Positions 1 through 9,676 of a DNA stretch of 64,000 bases are shown one piece after another. Both the position numbers and the translations under genes were made by a program. The stretch is taken from the IMG/VR virus record IMGVR_UViG_3300045988_168866, one strand, 5' to 3'. The notes under the pieces were generated by a model that did no database searches, had not been told where the DNA came from, and worked only from the letters and a program-made list of their open reading frames with translations. The DNA comes from a virus. Each line of letters begins with the position of its first letter. Positions within the stretch are counted from its first letter, which is position 1.

Positions 1-25
1 GTTTTTTTTTTGATTAAAACTAGGT

Positions 26-247
26 TTATTTTATACTAAATGTTGTATTTGTAAATACCATGTTTGTATCTTCCCAATTATTCATCTCTGATAAGTCTAT
101 ATTATATTTTTCCAATGATAAACTCGGATCTTCCTGTGAAGTAGACCAAACTGTATTACCATTAAATAATACTCGGTGTATATTTCTACCATTAAAGGAT
201 ATTTTCTTTATATTCCTACCATTAAATGTTAATACTGGGTTTGCCAT
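26..247 (-). CDS. hypothetical protein (fibre-module accessory)
   Basis: 73-aa ORF 7 nt downstream of the preceding fibre-module ORF; duplicated 'FNGRNI' motif; no recognisable domain. Confidence 0.35.
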   Translation of the reverse strand: MANPVLTFNGRNIKKISFNGRNIHRVLFNGNTVWSTSQEDPSLSLEKYNIDLSEMNNWEDTNMVFTNTTFSIK

Positions 248-254
248 AACTTAC

Positions 255-956
255 TTATTTTACTTGAATACCATAAACTTGATTTGATATTACTTTACCA
301 CCATCCAGTGATACAATTTTAAAATCAATTTCATAATACCCAGAATTTTTAAATACCAATTTACAAGGTATCTGTTTTATACTTTTCCCATCAATACTAA
401 AACCAACTGTAGAAGACCCATAATATGAACTATTGATAGCATTAAATTCTTCTTCTCCAATTGAAACTATTAATAATTCATTTGATAATTTATTTATTAA
501 TAATAATCTTACTCTATCTAATGAAGTACTTTGATAATTTTCTAGAGTAATATTACAATTAACTTCAGTATTATTATCTGGATTTAAATTATCAACCTCT
601 ACGAATATACCAATTGTATTTGTTACTGATTTGGCAAGAGACATTAAATTTGCTGGTTCATATTCAAAATATAATATATTATCTTGTTTTGAAGGAGCAG
701 ATTCAGTAACTACTATAGTTCTTACCATATCAGATTGTACACCTTCAAATATTCTCCATTTACCGGTTGAATCATCTACTGTATTAGTAGAAAGAAACTT
801 ATATACTAAACTAGTCTCTTTACAAAATGAAAGATGTCCTTCATTCAAACTAGTTTCAGGAAAAGCTTTCATTAATGCAAGAGTTTCAAATTCATCTCTT
901 ACAAAATTTGGTTTTTGTCCTTGATATTGGAAATTATCACCTATCTGTAGTGCCAT
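255..956 (-). CDS. hypothetical structural protein, possible distal fibre / receptor-binding component
   Basis: 233-aa ORF starting 2 nt after the 672-aa fibre gene; call from position only. Confidence 0.35.
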   Translation of the reverse strand: MALQIGDNFQYQGQKPNFVRDEFETLALMKAFPETSLNEGHLSFCKETSLVYKFLSTNTVDDSTGKWRIFEGVQSDMVRTIVVTESAPSKQDNILYFEYEPANLMSLAKSVTNTIGIFVEVDNLNPDNNTEVNCNITLENYQSTSLDRVRLLLINKLSNELLIVSIGEEEFNAINSSYYGSSTVGFSIDGKSIKQIPCKLVFKNSGYYEIDFKIVSLDGGKVISNQVYGIQVK

Positions 957-958
957 AA

Positions 959-2977
959 TTATGCATATATTTGTTTAAAGTTAGTAACTGATGTTGTATC
1001 TATCAAGGTATATACATAATAAGCTTCCCCATTTACATTTACTTCAGTTCTATTATAAGAATTAATATAATCAAAATTATTAGCATCTTTTATACTTGAA
1101 AGAGCCCCAAATGATTTTGGATATGCATAACATAATTTCTGATTATTAAGTGTAGCAGTTCCTGTATAAGATTTAGTATTCTTAACAGTTTTAGTAGTTA
1201 AACCTTTTATAGTTTCTTCTGTTGGTGTAAAATCAGCATCTACTACACCAAAATAACTAGCTGCTACAAAAGTTACTGAAGTAGAACCAGATTTTTGTTG
1301 ACCACCCTTTGTCACTTTTACAGTATAAGTTGTATTAACAGTAACATTAGTAAATTGTTTACTTGTATCAGTATTAGTTACTGATTCATCATTAACAGTA
1401 ATTGAATCTGGTGTAACTATATCATCACCTTCTTTTACTGTCCATCTAACTGTTACTGTTTGAGAAGTACCTTTTTCATAAGTACCACCACCTGAAACTG
1501 ATATAGTTAATGGGAATACCTTTTCAGATATCCTTGTTAATTCATTAGTTATAACCTTATTTTGTACTGGATTTTCAGATTCAGAACTTAAAGCATCATC
1601 TACTGTTATAGTACTTCCACCACCTTCTTGTGGATATACCTTTCTTATAGACTTATCTATATAAGTATTTGTTATAGTTAAATATACTATAGTACTAGTA
1701 GTTGAATCAGATTGTAATAATCCAAGGTATATATATGTGGTATCAAATTTCTGTTTAAAAATCTGATAAAATTCATTATTAGCTGATGGTATACTTAATA
1801 CTAACTGTTTTTCTTGAATTATGTTCTTTAAATTATCAAAACCACCATCTTTAGCTAATTCAGCACCTATAGTAGAATTACTAGCATTTAAGTAATCTCC
1901 TTTTAATAAATAGGTTGGCCTATTACTAGATACTTGGGTACTTAATGAATCTAAAGCCTCTTGTAATTCCTGATCTTTTTGTGTTCTCTGACTTACTTCA
2001 TCAGAAAGATTAGTTTGTAATTCAGAAATATCAGTTTCTGTGGTACTTACTCTACCAGATATATTTGATATACTAGTCCCAATTTCTAATATTTCAGTTT
2101 CTATTCCACTAACTTTACTATCAGTTTTACCTAAATTAGTCTCTAAATCCGAAACCTCGGTATCTAAAGTAGATATTCTATTATTTAATCCAGTAATCTG
2201 TTCAGGAATCTGATCAATATCTTCTGGGATAGCATCTACTTTGCTACTTAATTGTGTTACTTGTTCATTAGTTTTACCTAATTCAGTTTCTAATTGTGTT
2301 ACTTGTTCAGGTATATCACCAATATTTTCAGGGATAGTATCCACTTTAGTGGATAATTCATCTACTTTAGTTGATAAACCACTTATTTGTAATTCTAATG
2401 AACTTTTTAAACCTTGAATAGCTAGATTAAATTGTGATTCTAAATTTTGATCACCTGCTATTCTATCCTGTATTTCTTGAGCTAATTCTTTTTGTAATTT
2501 TTCATAATCACCACCTCCACCACCACCTGGTTCTATTTCATCAATTCTTCTACTTAAATCAGCATCAGCATTAGCTCTATTAATAGCCTCATTATCTATC
2601 CTTAATCTTAAATCCTGATCAGCATTAACTCTATTTATAGATTCATCTGATAAAGATTTAGATAACTCAGTATATTTTTTAGCATTGGGTATATTTACCC
2701 AATAATCTAAATTACTCCAATCAAAAATTGAAGTACCAAAATAAATCCAAATTTCTGGTTGAGCCGGTACATCCTTATTTAAAAATGTAATAATTCTTAA
2801 TAATGTTTTATACTTATCAGGAACTAATACTACTGCCTCACTTAAAGTTAAGGGTTTATAAGTACCATCTTGACAACAATATCTAGTAGAACAATTGATT
2901 ATACCATCACTTAAAATTTGATTTATCTCCTCTATGGTGAATTTTAATTCATCCTGTTGTTCATTTGTGTAATCCAT
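959..2977 (-). CDS. fibre protein with central coiled coil
   Basis: 672 aa; duplicated 'INR(V/A)NAD.DL..RID' motif, GGGGGG hinge, about 200 aa of repetitive coiled-coil-like sequence (LSTKVD.., IPE.I..IPEQ.T.L), beta-rich Thr/Val C-terminal domain; typical phage fibre architecture. Confidence 0.6.
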   Translation of the reverse strand: MDYTNEQQDELKFTIEEINQILSDGIINCSTRYCCQDGTYKPLTLSEAVVLVPDKYKTLLRIITFLNKDVPAQPEIWIYFGTSIFDWSNLDYWVNIPNAKKYTELSKSLSDESINRVNADQDLRLRIDNEAINRANADADLSRRIDEIEPGGGGGGDYEKLQKELAQEIQDRIAGDQNLESQFNLAIQGLKSSLELQISGLSTKVDELSTKVDTIPENIGDIPEQVTQLETELGKTNEQVTQLSSKVDAIPEDIDQIPEQITGLNNRISTLDTEVSDLETNLGKTDSKVSGIETEILEIGTSISNISGRVSTTETDISELQTNLSDEVSQRTQKDQELQEALDSLSTQVSSNRPTYLLKGDYLNASNSTIGAELAKDGGFDNLKNIIQEKQLVLSIPSANNEFYQIFKQKFDTTYIYLGLLQSDSTTSTIVYLTITNTYIDKSIRKVYPQEGGGSTITVDDALSSESENPVQNKVITNELTRISEKVFPLTISVSGGGTYEKGTSQTVTVRWTVKEGDDIVTPDSITVNDESVTNTDTSKQFTNVTVNTTYTVKVTKGGQQKSGSTSVTFVAASYFGVVDADFTPTEETIKGLTTKTVKNTKSYTGTATLNNQKLCYAYPKSFGALSSIKDANNFDYINSYNRTEVNVNGEAYYVYTLIDTTSVTNFKQIYA

Positions 2978-2982
2978 CTCTT

Positions 2983-3603
2983 CTATTTTAAATACTTATT
3001 AGGAATATCTGGATTACCAGATATTATCAATGGTAAATGGCAAAAATCTTTTATTTTTTTGCCATTAGCATCAAGTAACCAAATACCTTCATTATTTACT
3101 ACTTGAGCTTTATCCCCAGCATAACTATTTAATATATTATTCTGTTCTTCTGGATCTTCCCTTTGAAGAATAATAAAAAATAATAATGCCTCATCCTTAG
3201 CTTGTGCTACTTGTGAATCACCACCAGGTTTATATACTTTACCATTCAATATAAACCTATCTTCAGCCCAATTAAAATCCCAATAACCATAGTCATTTAT
3301 AAAACCATTCTCTGATAAAAGTCTACCGGATATATAAAGAACTGTATTACTATAATCTAGCTCACCACTTATGGATTGTTTATTTGTAGGCCAAGTTTTA
3401 ATATAATTATACTGAAATAAACCATCTAATTGTATTGGTGTATAGATTACACCAGAATCCTCTCCATAAGATAAAGGTTGTTCTATTTTTTGTAAATACA
3501 AGAATGGTTGTTTACCAGAATCAATATCAATAAAATCATTTATTATTTGTTTATATTGATCCCAGTCTTTATCAGATACATATATTGATTTTCTTCTGGC
3601 CAT
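2983..3603 (-). CDS. hypothetical structural-module protein
   Basis: 206-aa ORF tightly packed in the morphogenesis operon; no motif recognised. Confidence 0.4.
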   Translation of the reverse strand: MARRKSIYVSDKDWDQYKQIINDFIDIDSGKQPFLYLQKIEQPLSYGEDSGVIYTPIQLDGLFQYNYIKTWPTNKQSISGELDYSNTVLYISGRLLSENGFINDYGYWDFNWAEDRFILNGKVYKPGGDSQVAQAKDEALLFFIILQREDPEEQNNILNSYAGDKAQVVNNEGIWLLDANGKKIKDFCHLPLIISGNPDIPNKYLK

Positions 3604-3609
3604 AATATT

Positions 3610-4512
3610 TTATTTATTTACAACAAAGAATGGATCTGGTCCACTCAATGGACCTTTGATTCTTTTGTTAACTACTTTAGGTACTACTATTTTTGAATCC
3701 TTATCACATATAGGTAAATAGATATCCAATCTCTCTGCTAACATACAAAGATTAGTTTTTATTAAATCTAATATACCACCAGGTTGTAAAGCTTTTACAA
3801 CATTTGATGCAGACTCGGAATCTAATTCATAGTTATTAAAGAATTCAACTTCTGTGGGTCCTGTTTGGATTTTCTTTATTGAATTCCCACCATATTGGGA
3901 TACTGAACTACTAGATGAGGATTGAGAAGAAGGTATATTATTTGGTGATATACAACCATCATTACATGATATCTGTTCAGATGAATTATTCTCTATTACA
4001 GTAGAGGATATGGCTTTAAACATATTACTTAATTCAACTGACATAAAATCATAGGCTGCTAATTCCATTATTAATTGATTTTCTAGAGCTTCATAATAAA
4101 GTTCATTATTATATTGTTCTAATGGAATTTCATGATCTACTAATGGCTGAATATATAATTGCCATTTTTCTATAAATTGCCTTTTTATATTATATGGGAT
4201 ATAACCAAATATACTCTTGGGAATGTATATATCTATCAATTCATATATACTTCCAGATAAATGTGTTTTTACTTCATTGGATACAAATACCTCTTGAATA
4301 CATTTACCTATAATAATATCATCTTGGTTTTTTACTGATAAACTAACTGAAAAGATACCCGATAACTTATAGTTATGTATCGGGTTCTCTTCAGAAGATT
4401 CATCACCATCACCAAAATTCCAAAGTAATTTAGAATTATTAGGAATATCTTTGGACCTATTCCTAAATGTTACCTCCAATCCTACAGTAGTATAATTAAA
4501 ATCAACTACCAT
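3610..4512 (-). CDS. PKD-domain-containing structural protein
   Basis: N-terminus 'VTFRN..LLWNFGDGDESSEENPIHNYKLSGIFSVSLSVKN' matches the PKD signature (W.FGDG...H.Y..G.Y.V.L). Confidence 0.6.
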   Translation of the reverse strand: MVVDFNYTTVGLEVTFRNRSKDIPNNSKLLWNFGDGDESSEENPIHNYKLSGIFSVSLSVKNQDDIIIGKCIQEVFVSNEVKTHLSGSIYELIDIYIPKSIFGYIPYNIKRQFIEKWQLYIQPLVDHEIPLEQYNNELYYEALENQLIMELAAYDFMSVELSNMFKAISSTVIENNSSEQISCNDGCISPNNIPSSQSSSSSSVSQYGGNSIKKIQTGPTEVEFFNNYELDSESASNVVKALQPGGILDLIKTNLCMLAERLDIYLPICDKDSKIVVPKVVNKRIKGPLSGPDPFFVVNK

Positions 4513-4531
4513 AGTTTTTTTTATTTTACAT

Positions 4532-4903
4532 TTATTTTGAAGAAACTTCTTCTATTATAACTTCAAGAATTGAATCCTTGGTATCATTTTCATCTAGTTC
4601 AACATTATATAAACCAGCTATGGTTTTTAAATTGTTCAATGAAAATGCTTTTTTAATTTTTGAGATATCCTTACCAGATTTTACCATTGATTCAAAATTC
4701 TCTTTTAGCTTTGAGTCATTTATCTCTGATTCTTCTTTTTCAACATCAGCATATACTAAATGACCACCATTTAATGCAGCTCTTATTTTTCTATTATTAA
4801 CTTGAATAGAAGATAATTCTTTTATTTCGCCCTTTTTTATAGTTATGCCAGAAGAAGGGTCATGAAATATACCTGCCTTTTTTCCTAATGTTACTTTTAC
4901 CAT
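4532..4903 (-). CDS. hypothetical protein downstream of capsid gene
   Basis: 123-aa ORF, same strand, separated from the MCP gene by a large hairpin. Confidence 0.4.
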   Translation of the reverse strand: MVKVTLGKKAGIFHDPSSGITIKKGEIKELSSIQVNNRKIRAALNGGHLVYADVEKEESEINDSKLKENFESMVKSGKDISKIKKAFSLNNLKTIAGLYNVELDENDTKDSILEVIIEEVSSK

Positions 4904-4934
4904 AGTTTTTTAAGTTAAAATTAGTTCTTGATTA

Positions 4935-5034
4935 AAGAAGTGGTAGAGTTCTATTTTTTAATATATCATAAATATATAATCTTATACTAAAACCGATTCA
5001 AAATTTTCAGAAAAATAGAACTTCTACCACTTCT
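4935..5034 (-). repeat. long hairpin (about 23-bp stem with one bulge, about 52-nt loop) downstream of the MCP gene
   Basis: 4935-4958 'aagaagtggtagagttctattttt' is complementary to 5011-5034 'aaaaatagaacttctaccacttct'. Confidence 0.7.
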
Positions 5035-5064
5035 GGTTATATAATTGAAGTTTGCCGGGGTTTA

Positions 5065-6180
5065 TTACTGTTGAATAGCATAAGTAATAAACTTATCAAT
5101 ATCCATGTAATCTGGGAACCCATTACTAGAGAATTCTTTACTACCATCCAGAAGAATTGCAGCATCTTGATACATTTTACTAAATCCAGTAGTAATTGTA
5201 GCATAAATAGCTTCTGTCTGATTTGATACAATTCTTTCTGATTCCAACATTAATTGACGAGCAGTTAATTTTATTAAAGCAGCTCTTGGATCAATCAATA
5301 ATACTTGATTATCAGGTACACCAGGATGAATATAAAAATCAGCACTATTAGGTACAGGAGTTTTCAGATTAAGATTTGCAAGAGGAGTACCATATTGACG
5401 TGTTTTAAATTCTGGTAAATCAAGAATATTAATAGCTTCTTCTTCTCCACCTACCATACTCTTGAAATTACGTCCTAATCTTGAAGCTCTTACCCAAACT
5501 CTTAGTAAATCACGATATTGAATACCATCAGAAGTACTACCAACACCAATTACTGGAGCAGATTCAGAACCATCTACCTGATTACCATTAATTACTACAT
5601 CCATTGCAAGAGTATCAAGGGCATATCCAAGTTGTACACCAAAATCACGAACAAATATACTCATTACATCCAATGAAACATAGTTTTTAACTTCATCAGT
5701 AATTTTAAAACCTTTACCTATTTTAAATAGTTTTACTGATTTCTGTCCAAAACTTACATCACCAAGAGGAATTGTTTCAGCTTCATTTACTCTTGCTGGT
5801 GCTGCATCAGATGGGTTTACAAATGGCATAATAGCTGATAGCCCATTTATAGCTTGATCAGATGCTATAATATTTGGATAAAAAGGAGCTTCATAAATAC
5901 CAAGATTTATTGCTGAACGAATAATTTCTGGTACTAACCAACGAATATTCTGATCAGGCATAGTAAAGATATTTTCCATAGTGGTTACTTTGGTATCAAT
6001 ACCAATTTTATCCATATAATCTTCCATGGAAATACCATATCTATCTTTTACAAAATCCCCAAAACTAATATCTACTGGACGAATATCATTTGAACCAGCA
6101 CGACAAGCATCCAATTGTTTGATACTCTGAGGGAGTTCTTTTAAAAGTTCCTGAGAACTCATTTTAGCTATATCTATCAT
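5065..6180 (-). CDS. major capsid protein (probable HK97 fold)
   Basis: 371 aa; order terminase-portal-scaffold-small protein-this ORF is the canonical head module; size fits; strong hairpin immediately downstream. Confidence 0.65.
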   Translation of the reverse strand: MIDIAKMSSQELLKELPQSIKQLDACRAGSNDIRPVDISFGDFVKDRYGISMEDYMDKIGIDTKVTTMENIFTMPDQNIRWLVPEIIRSAINLGIYEAPFYPNIIASDQAINGLSAIMPFVNPSDAAPARVNEAETIPLGDVSFGQKSVKLFKIGKGFKITDEVKNYVSLDVMSIFVRDFGVQLGYALDTLAMDVVINGNQVDGSESAPVIGVGSTSDGIQYRDLLRVWVRASRLGRNFKSMVGGEEEAINILDLPEFKTRQYGTPLANLNLKTPVPNSADFYIHPGVPDNQVLLIDPRAALIKLTARQLMLESERIVSNQTEAIYATITTGFSKMYQDAAILLDGSKEFSSNGFPDYMDIDKFITYAIQQ

Positions 6181-6193
6181 AATTATAAATAAT

Positions 6194-6670
6194 TTATCTG
6201 ATTAATATTTGTACTAATTCATCTACTGCTGTAGTTTTATTTAAAGCAATAAATTTAGGATTTGCTTTAGTTGTACTTGCTTCTTCATCATCCAACATGT
6301 AAGTAACATATTGACTATCTTCGTCCTGTTTATTTGGTAAAACAGCACCAGCAGAAGTAAATGCTTCACCTGATAAACCATATACAATAGCAAATCCCTC
6401 TACCATTACTGTTACTTCATATCCTTGTTCCTGAGGTGGATATGCTGGATATACGCTATCAGTAACAGCTATACCTAAATACAGACCAGTACCAAAATAA
6501 TTAGATATGGTACCATCAGCTTCTAATTTTACTGGATTTCCTTGTAAAATTACCTCATTTGCTTTTACTGGAAATGCTTGATGTAATTTATGTGATTCAC
6601 TTTTATAAATTACCGTCTGAGGAGTAGGTTGACCAGTTACAACCATTTTCTGTGGATTATTATATCTCAT
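6194..6670 (-). CDS. hypothetical head protein (possible decoration/cement protein)
   Basis: 158-aa ORF between scaffold and MCP genes; Gly/Val-rich beta pattern; position-based. Confidence 0.3.
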   Translation of the reverse strand: MRYNNPQKMVVTGQPTPQTVIYKSESHKLHQAFPVKANEVILQGNPVKLEADGTISNYFGTGLYLGIAVTDSVYPAYPPQEQGYEVTVMVEGFAIVYGLSGEAFTSAGAVLPNKQDEDSQYVTYMLDDEEASTTKANPKFIALNKTTAVDELVQILIR

Positions 6671-6687
6671 ACCTTAAAAGTTTTATT

Positions 6688-8184
6688 TTATTCGCTTACT
6701 TTCTTAGACTTTGATTTAGCTAAATTCCTGATAGAATTAGATATTGATTCTGAATTCTTGTCTTCAGAAGGTTTATTATCTTCCTTATCAATACTAGAAC
6801 CCCTATTAATATTATTAGAACCACAATCAGCACAATGTAAAGGGAATTTTTCTTCTAACTGTGATTCATAAGAAGAAGATAAAGAAATCAAAGTTGCTAT
6901 ACTAGTAGTATCTGCTTCTAGCAAACTAATAATATTTTCATCAACTTTATCACCATTTAATTTCTTGTAAGATTCTATTGCATGATTTCTTACATCTTTT
7001 AAATGTTGTTCTCCAATATTTACTAATGCTTTATTTGAATCAATTGTTTGTTTTAATGAAACAATTTCTTCATTTAGCTTAGTAATATTATCATTTGCCT
7101 GAGCTATAGCTTCAGACAGACTTTGTTTCTCAGAAATTAAATTTTTAACCTGAGAAAGAGCAAGCTCAGAATTAGGTTTAGAACCCTCAGCTAAGCTGAG
7201 CATATTCTGTCCAAAGAGTTGCTCAAAGAATTTTTCTAATTCATTCATCTTGTTTGTATTAACTTTATTTTTGCTTTCACCAAAATTATATGGTCCTTCA
7301 TTATTAATTTTACTGGTATTGTACATTATATCAATTTCCTGATTTATCTTGAAATCATATAATGATACATGATTCACAATATCATCTTTTTCAGAAAATG
7401 AAGAATAAACAGAATCTGCATAAATTGGGTTTATTATTTTATTATCCTTTATTAATTGAGCAAATGGATCAGCACCATGTGAAACTAAAGAAGTTTCTTT
7501 ATAAGCCACAATTTTAGTAACTATTCTTCTAATTAGTTGACCATTTTCATCATAAGTACCCAATTTTTCATAAAATTCATATGGTTCATTAAACTGATGA
7601 GATGGTTCCCAATAAAATACTACTGTAACTGAATTAGAATGTATGGATGGTGGATCCATATTTATACCTCTAGCAATTCTTGGATTACTTACACCATCAA
7701 TTTTTAATACCCCATTTATACCACCAGGAATTGTTATACCAGTTTCTTCATCTATATATGAATCTTGCCAATAAACAGATTTTACTGAACCTATAGCATT
7801 ACCTACATCATCTTCATGATCACAATTTACCGTTTGTCCAACTAAAAGATTCATTGATTCCTTTAGAACATCTTCAGGAAATTCAGTTGGGACCCAATTT
7901 TTGGATACTATACAATTTGATAGTAATCTGAATACTGGTTCAATAAATTCATCCTCATCTGGATTAAATTGTTTTATATTTACATCTGGATAAAATGTAT
8001 GGTAATTAAGATTGTTACCAAATAATCCATACTGTTCAGTATGTATATTTTTACTCTTTAAACTTTCAGAATATATGGTAGAAAATTTATTAGTATCATC
8101 TATACCAATATTGGAGGTCATAATACTATGACCCCCACATACTATCATAACATCCTTATTTTCTTTTTTATTTTTCATATTCAT
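6688..8184 (-). CDS. scaffolding protein, possibly fused to an N-terminal prohead protease domain
   Basis: 498 aa; the C-terminal 170 aa or so are strongly coiled-coil-like (..NITKLNEEIVSLKQTIDSNK..); located directly after the portal gene with a 4-nt overlap. Confidence 0.45.
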   Translation of the reverse strand: MNMKNKKENKDVMIVCGGHSIMTSNIGIDDTNKFSTIYSESLKSKNIHTEQYGLFGNNLNYHTFYPDVNIKQFNPDEDEFIEPVFRLLSNCIVSKNWVPTEFPEDVLKESMNLLVGQTVNCDHEDDVGNAIGSVKSVYWQDSYIDEETGITIPGGINGVLKIDGVSNPRIARGINMDPPSIHSNSVTVVFYWEPSHQFNEPYEFYEKLGTYDENGQLIRRIVTKIVAYKETSLVSHGADPFAQLIKDNKIINPIYADSVYSSFSEKDDIVNHVSLYDFKINQEIDIMYNTSKINNEGPYNFGESKNKVNTNKMNELEKFFEQLFGQNMLSLAEGSKPNSELALSQVKNLISEKQSLSEAIAQANDNITKLNEEIVSLKQTIDSNKALVNIGEQHLKDVRNHAIESYKKLNGDKVDENIISLLEADTTSIATLISLSSSYESQLEEKFPLHCADCGSNNINRGSSIDKEDNKPSEDKNSESISNSIRNLAKSKSKKVSE

Positions 8185-9665
8185 CTGGGTTTAGAATCCT
8201 GATCTTTTCTTTTGGGTGATGGGTTATTCTTATCTCTGGTTTTTCTATCAGAAGTATCTTTATCATCTTCCCTTTTACGTTTTTTAGCATCTTCTCCTGG
8301 TGAGGATACACCATTATTAACATCTGATTCAATTTGTCTTGGTTCACTTTTATCTGGTTTTTCATAACCCATTAACCAAGCATATTGTTCTTGACTTATT
8401 ATACCTTGATTATATAGAGCAGTTAAATTTCTTATCTTATACTCTAAACCTTGTTGAACCTTAACTTCATCTGAAATAGTTGATGTAGAAAAATCTATCT
8501 TTATACCTTTATTATTATAACCTGCTAGTCTTAATTCTAGAGTATAAATAAATTTTAATACATAACTACATAACATTTGTATATTTTTTAACTGGGATAT
8601 CATCTTAGATAATAATATACCAGTTCCACCCTCAGTAGTAGTAGATGATACACCAATTAAAGTACCATTTACACCTAGACCATTAGCTACTGATTGTTGA
8701 TTCATATTCCATGGGATTCCTATATTCTGTAAAGATTGTGTAGTAGAATTTAATTTAAATTCATGGTCATCAATAAATCCTGTTACTACTCCATCCTTTA
8801 AACCACCCATCAAATTTTGCTTCAATTTTCTAAGCATTCCTAATAGTCTATCTTCATAAGCTCTATCAGATTCAGATGCTTTTCTAGTGGGTTTTTGTAT
8901 TTTAGCTTCAAGAAAACCAACTAACCCCATTAATTCCATGATATGTTTAATATTAACTTTCATATCATGTTGTCCTTTTAATGAATCTAAAGCTGCCATG
9001 AAAATAGGTACTCCATAGGGTTCATCAGTATCATTATACATACTAACATAGCAATATGTTTCCGTATTCAGCTTTATAAAATCTTTTTTATGATTTATTA
9101 TGGGATTTGGATTTCTTTGATAAGGGTGATATACACCATCATTTAATCTTTTGAATATTATTTCTTCTGGATTTACCAAAAGAATAGTAGATAAACCATC
9201 TAGTTTATTATTTGGTACAGCTTCTATAGAAATAGCTCCACCTACTAAACATTGAACTATGAATTTATTTACTAAACCATCAATACCAGCAGTATATGTA
9301 CTCCATTTTTCTGAAACATCCTTTAAATGTTTTCTCATTTCATTAGCTTCTTCTGGAGTATTATTTGGAAATGATATGGTATGACCAGTATTGGCCAATT
9401 TAAACATATCTTCCAAAGCTATACTTACATCTGGATTAATTTTGTAGAGATCCCTTATTAATGGGATAAGTTCAGTTCTAAATGATGGTGGTACTAAATT
9501 CTTTATATCCTTTAGGTTAGAAATATAATTGTAACCTATAACATCTGGTTCTGAAACCCTTCCAGGAGATAAAGATGTAGTTTTATCATCATTTTTTGCC
9601 TTATTTTCCTCTACTGTAATTGGTTTTTTTCTATTAAACCAACTAGCTGGATTCCATATAGACAT
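8181..9665 (-). CDS. portal protein
   Basis: 494 aa, immediately downstream of the large terminase; charged Lys/Asp-rich C-terminal tail; synteny-based. Confidence 0.65.
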   Translation of the reverse strand: MSIWNPASWFNRKKPITVEENKAKNDDKTTSLSPGRVSEPDVIGYNYISNLKDIKNLVPPSFRTELIPLIRDLYKINPDVSIALEDMFKLANTGHTISFPNNTPEEANEMRKHLKDVSEKWSTYTAGIDGLVNKFIVQCLVGGAISIEAVPNNKLDGLSTILLVNPEEIIFKRLNDGVYHPYQRNPNPIINHKKDFIKLNTETYCYVSMYNDTDEPYGVPIFMAALDSLKGQHDMKVNIKHIMELMGLVGFLEAKIQKPTRKASESDRAYEDRLLGMLRKLKQNLMGGLKDGVVTGFIDDHEFKLNSTTQSLQNIGIPWNMNQQSVANGLGVNGTLIGVSSTTTEGGTGILLSKMISQLKNIQMLCSYVLKFIYTLELRLAGYNNKGIKIDFSTSTISDEVKVQQGLEYKIRNLTALYNQGIISQEQYAWLMGYEKPDKSEPRQIESDVNNGVSSPGEDAKKRKREDDKDTSDRKTRDKNNPSPKRKDQDSKPR

Positions 9666-9676
9666 GTTAATTTGAT

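Noticed and set aside
5037-5231. Nested same-strand ORFs 5037-5231 (in MCP) and 8168-8365 (in portal)
   Set aside because: They are out-of-frame ORFs wholly or mostly inside much longer, well-supported genes. The same applies to the other short antisense ORFs: 60-287, 631-924, 4578-4763, 6629-6871, 11274-11489, 18729-18944, 23202-23393, 30510-30916, 31335-31604, 34576-34803, 35990-36172, 37569-38238, 42000-42224, 42945-43139, 43444-43629, 52072-52266, 52651-52857, 53973-54158, 54611-54814, 57557-57778, 61136-61339 and 63464-63697.
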